In this document: piece after piece, positions 52,411 to 64,000 of the stretch
How positions within the stretch are numbered: the first letter of the stretch is position 1
Layout: each line of letters begins with the position of its first letter
From: Chrysomallon squamiferum
Taxonomy: Eukaryota; Animalia; Mollusca
Reading direction: 5' to 3'
DNA: 64,000 nucleotides
NCBI GenBank assembly: GCA_012295275.1
Contig: CM022671.1
Coordinates: 16,740,001 to 16,804,000 of the forward strand
Program-made: the position numbers and the translations under genes
Notes under the pieces: generated by a model
The model's database searches: none
Told to the model about the DNA's origin: nothing
What the model saw: only the letters and a program-made list of their open reading frames with translations

Positions 52411-52876
52411 AAGATCGTGGTATTTCACTGTGTTTCTCAGATGATGGAAAAATGTTCAGAAGTCATAGTATCTAACTCAATAATAATAAAAAGTGAGCAT
52501 TTAATAAACAATAGTATTTAAAATAATACATTTGTTTTCCTCGTAACATTTTCGATCTCATTACATGTAAAAATCAAGATGTCATTTTTAAAAAAGCAGG
52601 GAAAAAACAGAGAGAGAGAAAAGAAATAACAATACATATGTGTGTGTGCGTGTGAACTTTAACGTTGAAAATAATAAAGACCGCAAATAGAATCTACCGA
52701 GAAAAGGTTGTCAGGAGGCACGTGTGGGTTTGTTGACATTATGTAAGTACAGATAGGTCAAAATGAATAGTCATTAGCTTGTTGAAATCGGTTGCAATCA
52801 ATGTGTAAATAGACTGGTGACATAAGTAGTGCTAGACCACCAACGGGACAATCGAAAACAAAATAACAACTTCCTG

Positions 52877-53107
52877 AAGCTATCTTAGGTTTTTGTTTGT
52901 TTCACATATTGATTAAGATCAGAGTAATCGTTTTGAATTTAAAATATACGAAAAAGCTATCTTAGGTTTTTGTTTGTTTCACATATTGATTAAGATCAGA
53001 GTAATCGTTTTGAATTTAAAATATACGAAAAAGCTATCTTAGGTTTTTGTTTGTTTCACATATTGATTAAGATCAGAGTAATCGTTTTGAATTTAAAATA
53101 TACGAAA
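52877..53107 (+). repeat. Perfect 3 x 77-bp tandem repeat directly before the TRMT44 ATG
   Basis: Units start at 52877, 52954 and 53031. ATG is at 53110. Confidence 0.95.
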
Positions 53108-53109
53108 AC

Positions 53110-54779
53110 ATGGACGATTTATTATCTGAAAGATTTCAGCCTCGTTTACAAAGCCGTATTTTCTCATTCGGAGAAAAATGTGGATTTATGAAAGCCATTT
53201 CAGTTTACATCAACAAACCACACGTGGTGAACCGGAGACTGTGTGGTGCCAAAATTCTTCACAGTGAAAACTTTGAGAAGTTTGACGAAATTATTTTCCA
53301 GCAAATAAAGGTGAAATGGAGTACTTACAGTGCTTCAAATTTCGAGAGATCGTGTATTTCTTTGAATATTGACTTGACACAGATTTCATCAAATGACAAC
53401 AGTAATCATTTTCATGTGGTTGTGCGAGATTTGTTGCCAAGACAACGTGATAAATTCCCTACATTAAGAGAACTTATAATTTTTGGTACGGTAGAAACTC
53501 TTACGTTGATAGATAGATATTAAATGATACCTTTAAAATGTATACTGATATATGCTACTTAGTACATACGTCAACACACACACACACACACATATATGAT
53601 TATGATATAATGATATAGCAGTTATGTATACTTGTTACTACATTATTATTATTATTGCCATAACCAGGAAACACCAAGCCTCGATTCTGTCACTGCCGAA
53701 AAAAACCAAAAAAAACAAAAAAAAAACCCAACAATAATAATAATATTAATTAATAAATAAATAAATAAATAAATAATAAAAATGACAAAAAAAAAAAAAT
53801 AATAATAATAATAATAATTAATAATAACAATAATAATACCAGAATTAAATATTTTATCATTGATCAAAACAGTTCAGTGAAAGCCCACACAATGACTTAC
53901 AAAACTGTCCAGTTAAACACTACAAGAAATATACATTATTTTAACAAAAAATAATGTTAATTATTTTCTATTCCAGTACCCATTTTTGTGTTCAAACAAA
54001 TAGTCAAACTTTAACTAACTTTTGTTGTAAAACCAACTATACATCCTCCTAAAATCACCTGTCGAATTATGGTTGCTATAACCATCCAGCAGTTCTATTC
54101 AGTTTTCCAATACCTCTAATGCAACAGCTCATTTTGAGCTGAAAAGATCTCATGTTTTGCAATTATTTCTTTCTTAACCTCTACTGTGATACATTTATAC
54201 TTTTCACCAGCATTATCACTTTCACTTTTTGTTTTCTTGGGCACCATATTGGAGAGGGTATATTAAAAAATATACACATAAAAACTGCAACACTTTAAAA
54301 TATGTGAGTGCACAATATCAATGCAAAAGCTATTGAGCTGCAACTGTGTATCAAAGATTAAAGACTCTAATGATATATATTTGCTATAGGACATGCCTAT
54401 AAGCCTTACTTTGACATCAGTTTTGATGTAAGCATCTTTTCTTACCTTTACTAGATGTTGATGTTAAAAGACAGCTTATCACGATGTGTCACTGTAGTCA
54501 TAACTTGGGACATTATTCGTATACCGCAATAAAAATTGCTCCACATCATGGTTCTTAATCCAATTTATTAGTGTTTCGAGGTGTTCGTAACCTAAGGTTC
54601 CACTGTACATTTATAAAGCTAATTCCACACAAAATATCTCAAGATTAATATTCTTTGATGCTGTTAAATGTTACCATGATATACTATAGAGGAGTGATTT
54701 TAAACAAAATTTATGACCATATTTTATATATATATATATATATATACACCCAGGTTTATCAGTTGTGACATTTATTATA

Positions 54780-54820
<41 letters not shown>

Positions 54821-54982
54821 ATTTTTCCTGGCAGAAATATCCAACAGAATTAGATTCTGTCACAGAAATTTATGTAAAGGAAATATTTCTAAGATTTTAT
54901 CTCACTCTCCAAATTAATAATTTTACCCTGATATACAAACATATTATACAGGTCATTTTAAACAAAATTTATAACCATATTT

Positions 54983-55029
<47 letters not shown>

Positions 55030-58000
55030 CCCCAGGTGTATCAGCTTGTGACATTTATTATTATTATTATTATTTCCTAGCAGAAACATCCAACAGTATC
55101 AGACTGTGTCACATAAATTTATCTAAATGAAATATGACTAAGTTTTTATCTCACTCTCAAAATTAATAATTCTAAGACTAACATACTTGGCTTACCTTGA
55201 TACACAGAGAATTCAGTTAAAATATTGAAATTTTTAGTATAATTCGGTTGCCAGATAAGAATGACATTTTTCCAATTTATTCCTCAGTAAGATGTTTTGC
55301 ACAAAACCTTTACATAGAAAAAAAACTTATTTGTTTCTTAATTATTTTCAGATTACCAGCAGTGTAGTGCAACATTTTGTCCTATTTGTTATTCAACATC
55401 AGATATACAGCCTCAGAAACTAATTACAGACATTGAAAATGAAGTGATTTATCAGTTTGTTTATTCTACCAGCAAGTCAGAGCCTAGGTTTGTACATAAA
55501 ATAAAACTGAGGGTTTTCTAGTAGAAGGATAGGAGAGTACAAATGCAGACTGCTAAGTTTTCTAAATATAGAAAAACCTTCCATTAAGAAGTATAAAATT
55601 ATCTTACAAAAGTAACTAAAATTAATTGAAATTTGTTATTTTTCCGCTCATATTTTTTATTTTGGTTACAGGAGAGACATTTGGTTTTTAGTTTCTTTAT
55701 AACATAAAATCCACTGCTTAGGAGATACACATCTGTTCTCTGACTGACATATAACCTAAATGAACATTATGATCTCCATTTTGGTTAATCTAAATTTTTA
55801 TTTAGTGAAAATTTTAAAGTAGTAAATAAGCTTCAAATGATAATGTAACCACATTAATTTTAATTAATATATATTAATTAATTTTGTAACATAATGATTA
55901 ATGCTTTTTGAACTTTTTTTTATATATATATATATATATTTTTTAATATGATTTCAAAAACAAAACGAGAATATTTTCTTACATGCAAAAATACAGTTTT
56001 CATTCTTGTTGCCTTAGTTTATAATAAAAATTTAAAAAAAAAAAGAAGTTACCCATTTTATTATTTTAAAATAATCTCCATATTGTTCATTTTGTATTAA
56101 TTAAATTTATAAATATTGTTTTATAATTCTAGCATTGTACTAAACTTATCACAAGATTCTGAGCAAGGGTCACAGTGTCATGTAACAGGACAATGGCTGA
56201 AAGATGTTCTTTTACCCAAACTTGGTAGCTGGTCTGAGGAGCGCTCACTGAAAACAAGTGCTACTTCCCTGACGTTAGTTCCAATAGATGAATACAATTC
56301 AACATACAACAGACTGAAAAATTCATATGGTCAATATTTTGTAAAGGTAAATTTCAAAAAGAAGTAGTTTATTTGGAAAACAGATTTAATAACTATCACT
56401 GCTTTCAGTAATAAAGACAAAAATGTTTAATTTAGATTTTAGAACATGGCAAAATGCCACTAACTTCATATAGCAATGGCAAATAAAAAAGACAATATAA
56501 TTTTTATTAAAAAACAACAATTTACATTTAAGGATTAATAAAATTAAGACATTTAATTATTTTAAGGTCAGACATAAAAAGTGGAAATTTGATTTTTTTT
56601 TGTTGTTGTAGTGTTTCAGATTTGGCCAGAAAGCACAGATCCACAAAAATTTGTGTTTGAAGATGTAGCTATAGCAGCCTATCTTTTGGTACATTTCACA
56701 GATTTTTGTTTTGTTGTTGTTGTTCAAGTTTTTGAACTGAATCATTGGATAATTATAGAAAAATAGTTGATAAATCAATAATGTTTTGAAATAGAGTGTG
56801 TTTAAATAAAACGAAAAATTATTTTTAAAACTTGCAATTATTTATATAAAAAGGACAAATGCTAAAAACAACTTACATTTGAAATTACTTGTAAAAAAAT
56901 AAATGACCACTAAACCTGTTTTTCTTATAACTAAGTTTGTATTTAAAAAGATTTTGCTTTAGGATTATATATTTATAATTGTTATTTTCTGTCTTTCCTA
57001 AACATTATAATTTTAAATTATTGTCAGGTGCTTTGGAAAGAAGAGAGGGAAAAACTAAAGACAGAAAACTTTCAGTCATTTGTTGATCTGGGCTGTGGAA
57101 ATGGACTCCTGGTTCACATACTAGCATCAGAAGGGGTAAAAACTAGATATAATTTTATTTATTTTACATTTTGTTTCTCTAGGTTTATTCATAGAAGTTT
57201 AAAATCGATTTCCACAGAAAATGAATTTATCCAAAGCTGTGTAAGGGATAGCAGAGCACCTTGAACCACCCATCAATTCTCTGTGTTACAGCTGCAGCCA
57301 TTCATTTTATTTCTCTCCTGAAGAAACATCTGCTGACATGGCTTTTCATCAAAAAAACTGCATATGGATTAGATCAGGGATAAAAATTGTTTGTTATATT
57401 ATCTGTTTTGTGGGTCCAGAGTGAATTTCTATAATTTCCATGTTATAATGACACTTCAACTTAGGTAACAGAGACTGAATAAAACTTGTTATATCATAAT
57501 AATCAACTATGTGTCTTCTGTACATAATTGACATATCTATCTATCTATCTCATTATTATTATTTATTTTCTATTTTTTTAATTATGTTTTAAACAGCATC
57601 CAGGTCTAGGTTTGACCTAAGACATTAAGTCTGGACTTTATGGTGAACAAACTAATTGTTTTGTTTTTGTTTTAAGCATTAAGTCTGCAGTTCATACCTG
57701 AAATTCATTTTTTTTTTTTATGTGTGTGTTTGTGTTTTGAAATAATATCTCAGTTTAGACCTGAAATATGTTATATATAAGTATGTAGTGAGACTGGGAT
57801 TATTAATTATACAACTAAACAATATTACTAATATTTCTGAAATTTTAAAAATATTCAAATATACCTGAGTCATTAATAATTATATTGACAATTGTGTGCA
57901 TTCATAATTCATACATTTTATATAAGCAACTTCAATTCAAATGGTATTTTCACAGATCTTAAAAACCATATGTGAACTGAGGATATATTTTACTATTGCT

Positions 58001-61000
58001 AAATTAAATCTTTAAAATAATTAGTGAAAAATATAAAATATATTTTCTCCTTTATGGTTTAAGAATATATTTTAATTTTTTTAATTTTCACTTTGGTTTT
58101 CATTTCTCATCTGAATAATAATAATTAAAAAAAATAGAATTAAATCTCTTTTTCTTTTTTTAAATAGTTTTATTGATTACCTTTCTGAAACTTCACAAAT
58201 AATTGAATTTTTTTTTTTTTACAGGAGAGATCCATTTCACCATCAGCAGATACATTGTTTCCAGAATATGATTGGTTGATAGGTAACCATAGTGATGAAT
58301 TGACACCTTGGATACCATTGATAGCTGCCAGGTAATTTTGTTCTAAATATTTTAAGTATAGTTAGTTGGGTTTTTTTTTTTCGTTCTAAATTCTGAGTGA
58401 AAATCAGCATGCAAGGAATTCTTAAGTTACTGAACAGAAATAATTTTTCTTGTCAAAGTACTGAATTACTAAGCAGAATTTCTCTTGCTCTGTATAAGAA
58501 AAATCTCATCTGTTACAATATTGAGAATTCATTCACTTTGTATTAATGACTTACCAAGCAGAAATTCACCAGTATAGGCCTACTGGTTTATTGTTGTATG
58601 AAAATGTATAGGAAAACTTTAACCGTATGAAAAATCTTCATTATGCAATTCAGCTACTTACATCTACTTAAATTCTGTTACAGGCCAGTGGCCAGCTTTA
58701 ATTACACTTTTAAAATACTCATATCTCAGCAGGTTTGTGTGTTTTGATACATTTTATTTTGCAGATCCTCTTACAAATGCAGATATTTTGTTCTGCCTTG
58801 TTGCCATCATGATTTTCACGGCAAGTTCAACAAACGGGAACAGGGAACCAGTCAGTACAGAACATATTTAAACTTTGTTAAGGAAGTCGGTGAGAAATTT
58901 GGCTTCAAGGTCAGAGAGGACATTCTTAGAATACCATCTACAAAGCGGGTAATTATTTGTTGTCTCGTAAATAGAACAGTCTGTGTCCCACATTTTATTA
59001 AAAAAAAATTCAAATTCTATTTGAAGATTCGTATGTTCAAAATCTGTTTAAATATTTGTATGATTAAAATCTACCATTTTCTTCTTTTTTTTTTTTTGAA
59101 ATCTACGCTGATTTCTTATTAATGTAAAAAAATATCTGTGCATACCTTTACATGCTGAGAATACATAAGTGAATCTAACAGAATAAAATAATAACAATAT
59201 TTTTCGACCATAAGTATTTTTTGTTATTTTTTTTTGGATTAAATTTTATTTTGAAAATTGCCCTATTTCAGATTTGTGTCTTTAGTCAAACACTGTCTAC
59301 TAAATATTGCTTCAGCTTTTATTTTATCTTTGGATATTTTTCAGGTTTGTTTCATTGGTCAAGAAAGAACATATCAAAAGGAAAATGAAGAGAGCATTGA
59401 CATTTTAAGATCTGAATATGTAAAAAGTAGATGTCCAAAGACTGTAACATGTGACATTTCAAATACCAGCAAACATCAAAATGAGACCAGTAAAAGACCT
59501 TTGACCTCAGAAGACAAAGAAGAATCAGAAAAATGGTCTTCAAGTTTCCAAGCCAGAAGTAACGTGGAACCTGTTAGAAACTGTCAGAGGGTTGCCAAGG
59601 AAACAAAAGATTTGATTGTACAGACTGTGTTTAAGAAGGTTCTGGAAGCATCCGATGCAGAAACTGTTGTGACTGAGTCTGGTGCTAGCTGGAATAGAGG
59701 AGGTTGGATTTTTTGAAAAGTTAAAATACAGAGATACAATTATATTAAAGATCAGATAAAGAAAAGAAGTGATTGAGTACAGATTTAATTTTTTTCATAT
59801 TTTGTTTTTAAATGAATCCTTGCAACTAAGTAAATAGTATCAATTAAGTTGAAAATATTTTCAACTTCCAAAAACTATTTCACATACAAGACTAAACTGG
59901 ATAAATAATTAATTTTCTTCATTTCTCTGTTAGAAATGTAGGTTATAATGCTTTTGCCTGTTTCTCAGATATGCATCAGAATCTGTTATTATTTTTAATG
60001 AAGACTAGCTTACTTAAGTCCTTGTTTATTTGGACATTAAGTAATGTTAGACTGATAATGATATGTTTTATGAAGTGAAATCTTACAACTACTATATAAT
60101 CATCTATTCTTTATTGGCATTTTCAGATTTATTAATAAACAATATAGCTAAGTAAAGAGAGTATTTATTTATTTATTTATTTATTTTTTAAACTGATTTC
60201 AGGATCAATAGCTCTAGGCTCAGTGGCTGAAATGTTTGACCAGAAAATTCTTCAACAGTTAAAGTTTGAATGTGGAGGCTTGCAAACTCTGCTTAGAAAC
60301 CACAACAATATATTTCAAGGTGAGCTTGTATATTATGTATTATTTTAATTAAAACATAATTTTTCACAGATAAAACTAATAAACAAATAACCAAAAATAA
60401 TAGTAAAAAATGAAATAAATAAAAATCAGTGTCTAATATTATTGTTTTTCTTTTGTTTTCCAGTTTTGTTATTAGTTGGGTTTTTTTGGGGGTGTGAAGG
60501 TTCTGAATAAAAATTCAGACTGTCAGACTGCTTGGATATTAAAATATCTTTCAAAATTAACTGTTCCTGTGCAAAATTTTATTTTAATTAAAAAAGACCA
60601 ACTTTACTGTTCAGCTACTTTTTAAGACGGCACAAAAGTTAAATTTTAGTAAGATCGAATTACTGAATTACTGGAACAATTATATTTCTTGCAAAAAAAG
60701 CTATATCAAATATATAATATGGCTACGTTGTTGTTTTTTTAAATTATTCTTATTATTATCATCTTTTTTAAATTTTAACTTAAAAATGATTTATTATTAG
60801 ATGTATTTTTTAAAAATAATTTTTAAATAATTTATTTTATATATATAGTGTCTGGAGGATCAGTGAAACTAAGAGACTTTTCTGTTGACAACCCGTGGTC
60901 AACAAAGAAGAGAAAGCCCAATAAAGAAAGAACAGAGTCTGCTGAAAAGTTGAAAACAGTGCTGTGTTGGTTCCACACAAATCATCCGGATGGCTGTCCA

Positions 61001-61075
61001 AGATCCTGCTCAAAGTGCAGGTTTGCACATGGTGTAGCAGACCTTAGACAACGTCCAAAGAAGACAAAATCCTGA
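53110..61075 (+). CDS. TRMT44: tRNA (uracil-O(2)-)-methyltransferase TRMT44, 11 exons, ~655 aa, exon 6 garbled
   Basis: Exons 53110-53485, 55352-55487, 56133-56346, 56620-56688 (WPESTDPQKFVFEDVAIAAYLL), 57028-57135 (FVDLGCGNGLLVHILASEG), ~57597-57660, 58225-58331 (DWLIGNHSDELTPWIP), 58765-58948 (LPCCHHDF..LRIPSTKR), 59345-59702, 60203-60319 (ECGGLQTLLRN), 60849-61075 (C-terminal CCCH finger CWF..HPDGCP..CRFAHG). Confidence 0.93.
53876..54605 (-). mobile_element. Non-autonomous Tigger/pogo-like DNA transposon
   Basis: The - strand begins TA|CAGTGGAACCTTAGGTTACGAAC. An ATG at 54247 gives MVPKKTKSESDNAGEKYKCITVEVKKEIIAKHE, like the Tigger CENP-B-type N-terminus, then decays. The left boundary is approximate. 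Confidence 0.65.
54685..55180 (+). repeat. ~255-270 bp direct tandem duplication containing (TA)n and (TTA)n
   Basis: ttttaaacaaaatttat..cccagg..cagaaa..ctcactctc..aattaataat occurs at ~54697-54925 and ~54956-55172. Confidence 0.85.
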
Positions 61076-62073
61076 TATCAGTGATTATTCTACACAGAAT
61101 GATCATTTTATATTTTGTATTTACTATCTGGTGTCAGCTAAAGACCTATAAGGCAGAAATAAAAATAAAGTGTTTTGTTTATAAAGCTTGTTTTATTTTG
61201 AAAGACACTGTTGGTAGCCAAAATGCTAAATGTGCTACAAACACAAAAATAGTGTTAGAATAATGAATTTTTCCTTTTTAAGAATTTTAAATTAATGCAT
61301 TTTAAGTACCTCTTTTTAACCTCTGTAGTAACATACTCCAGAATAATAGGGTCCCTATTTTCTGAATCCTTGAAAAATGTATTTAAAAAACTGAACAATA
61401 AAAGTACCAGAGCTGAGAGATGGGTCAAACAGTATCTAAATGTTATGAATTCAGGTTTAAGATATAAAACTCAAGAAACTAGTTTTATATGGGGGAGGTA
61501 GTTTAACTTGCTTGAATCTCTTCCCTTGTTTCTTGTTAACTCACTTTTGAAGTATTTTTTCTGTCTGCAGGATGGTTCACATAAAGAGGGTATATATGTG
61601 AGAAAAACAGTTAGTCCACATTGGAGCAGTGATTTTTCTCATTATTCTTATAGAAATTCTGAAATCTGTCTTCAATAATACAATATTAATAGTAGAATAT
61701 AGGTGCTTAGTTTTTTTGACATATTACTATATATTTAAATCTTGTTTTCTTTTTTTTTTTGTTCTTTAAGAATGCAAAACAAACCATTTATTATTTGTAA
61801 TAATTGTGTTTTATTCATGCAAATTCACATGTAATCAGCAGTTGTTTAAATTGTCCCTACTATAAACAAACATGATTAAAGATACAAAACAAACAGATAC
61901 ATCAAAAATAATGTTTAGTTATAATATTTTTTTTTGTATCACACATTAAAAATAAACTGAAAACTTAAAGAACATAAACTGTAATGGAGATCAACAAATA
62001 ACATTTATGTATGGAATGGTTTAAATACATTTCACATCAGTATACCAAAAGTTATTTCTATAAAATAACCAGT

Positions 62074-62108
<35 letters not shown>

Positions 62109-62867
62109 ATACATACACATAATTATGAGTTGTTGTTTCTTTTTAAAAGTTTATTAATTTTTTCTTCCATTTTTAAATGATTATTATTATTATTTTAACA
62201 TTTAAATATTAAAATTTACATGAAAAACAAACTTGTACACATACAACTTGAAACAGTAAATTAAATAGTTTCCTTCTGTAAAATCTTAACATGAAAATCT
62301 GTACAACTGATTTGCAGAAAACACATTTGCTTTACCCTTGTTTGTCAGAGATCAATGCATTTTTTTTTTTACATTACCTGATATACTGGTTGCTATATTA
62401 ATGTCTTTAAATAATTTAAATAGCATAACTGTTTCATAACACAAAGGTAGTATACATCAGATTAGATCCATATTTTAAAAAAGTGGGTAGGATACAATTA
62501 CTGAACAGATAAATTTTCAAAATAAAAGTTTTAATCATCAGGAGCAAACCAAACCAAAACTGAATCTGTATTGAAACATATCAATAACCTTTGGGTGGAT
62601 ATATTCAAAAGGTAAATTGGAAGTTGGAGGATAAAAGAATTTAAATAATTTTTTTTTAGAAAATTAATAAATAAATAAAATAACACTGATAAAACAAGAT
62701 TTTTTAAAATATTGTATTTCAGAATCTCAGTATTATAAAAGGGGTGATAAATATTACGTAAGTGATAAGTGTAATAAATACTTTTAACATTAACACATAT
62801 GCTTTCTTTGCAACAGTATAAATTTCTAATTAATGCAATAAAGCAGGTATGAATGTAAAAACAAACA

Positions 62868-63380
62868 AGATAATACTATTAATAGTACAATATATAATAA
62901 TACTATCACACAATGATATAATACTGGTATTAAGTAACATTTTAAGCAAATTCTAAAAGCTGTTGACAGTAATAGAACATTAATAATACTATACAGATAA
63001 TACTATCACACTGATATAATACTGGTATTAAATTAATATATCAAGAAACTTCTAAAAGCTGTTTACAATAATAGAATATTAATAGTTCTATACAGATAAT
63101 ACTATCACACTGACATAATACTGGTATTAATTAAAATAGCAAGAAAATTCTAAAAGCTGTTTACAATAATAGAACATTAATAGTACTATATAGATAAACA
63201 AACAGATATATAGATAATACTATCATACTGATATAATACTGCTATTAATTAAAATATCAAGGAAATACTAAAAGTTGTTTATAGTAATAGAATATTAATA
63301 CTACTATATATATAATACTATCACACGATGATATAATACTGGTATTAACAAATACGTTAGGGAAATTCTGAAAGCTGTAC
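62868..63380 (+). repeat. ~100-bp tandem repeat (~5 copies)
   Basis: Recurring taatactatcacactgatataatactggtattaa..ttctaaaagctgttt..aatagaacattaata. Confidence 0.85.
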
Positions 63381-64000
63381 ATAAATGTAAAATAAAGAAC
63401 CTTTACAAAGGAAAAACTCTTTTAAGTGTAAAGAAGGGCAAAAAAAAACCCCAATACTTTATCACTTAAAATAACTGGAATAATTTCCAGTTTCAAATAC
63501 TATTAAAATGTAAATAAAATGCAATAAGAAATAATTTTATACAATAAAAATTTAAAAAACAAAAAAACCCAACAAAAGTTATGTATGTTTATAATAATAA
63601 TAATAATAATAATAAAAACTATTTAAAAATGTAAATGGTTAAAAATTAAAAATAAATACTGTGTTTGCATAAATTCATTTTTATAACCTATGAATAATAA
63701 ATAATGTGAAAGAAGTATAACACTACAGTGTTTATAATCTTTCTGAAATTTGAAAATATCACAGAGAAAGTTCACAAGTCAGTTAACAACAACTCATCTA
63801 TATGGAAAAGAATCCTCCATCTGTCTTTCTTGAATAGCCAGCATTTGTAGCATCACTATGTACACCCACTGATTAGTAGAAGATGCAGAAAGAAGAGGAA
63901 CAAAAATAAAAGAAAGAAAATTAGAAAATAATAGCAAGGCACCAAATTAGTAGCAATAACAATCAAAAAGAAAAAGCAATTTTAATTCAAACATAAGAAA

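Noticed and set aside
52877-53107. Direct repeats considered as a CRISPR array (also 14210-14705 and 33105-33730)
   Set aside because: There are no unique spacers or cas genes, and the context is eukaryotic.

Overview
AT-rich, intron-rich animal genomic DNA. A mollusc or gastropod is inferred from the SINE, RTE and MULE repeat types and is not proven. Four conserved genes were reconstructed exon by exon: ZC3HC1/NIPA (-, 3926-10269) head-to-head with KLHDC10 (+, 10412-16001), an FGD5/6-type RhoGEF-PH-FYVE-PH gene (+, 24796-40494), and TRMT44 (+, 53110-61075). Two unrecognised genes are also present: a heptad-repeat (LDDSKKE)n, Asp-rich protein (~47023-51188) and a candidate spliced 74-77 aa microprotein (-, 18141-18641). 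Main highlights: a U12 minor intron in ZC3HC1 with apparent GT-AT ends, a 142-bp bidirectional promoter matching the human ZC3HC1-KLHDC10 arrangement with mirror-image start contexts, and an intronic duplicate of the ZC3HC1 last exon. Several frameshifted or garbled exons look like long-read consensus errors rather than pseudogenisation. All gene names come from remembered motif similarity; no database search was run.
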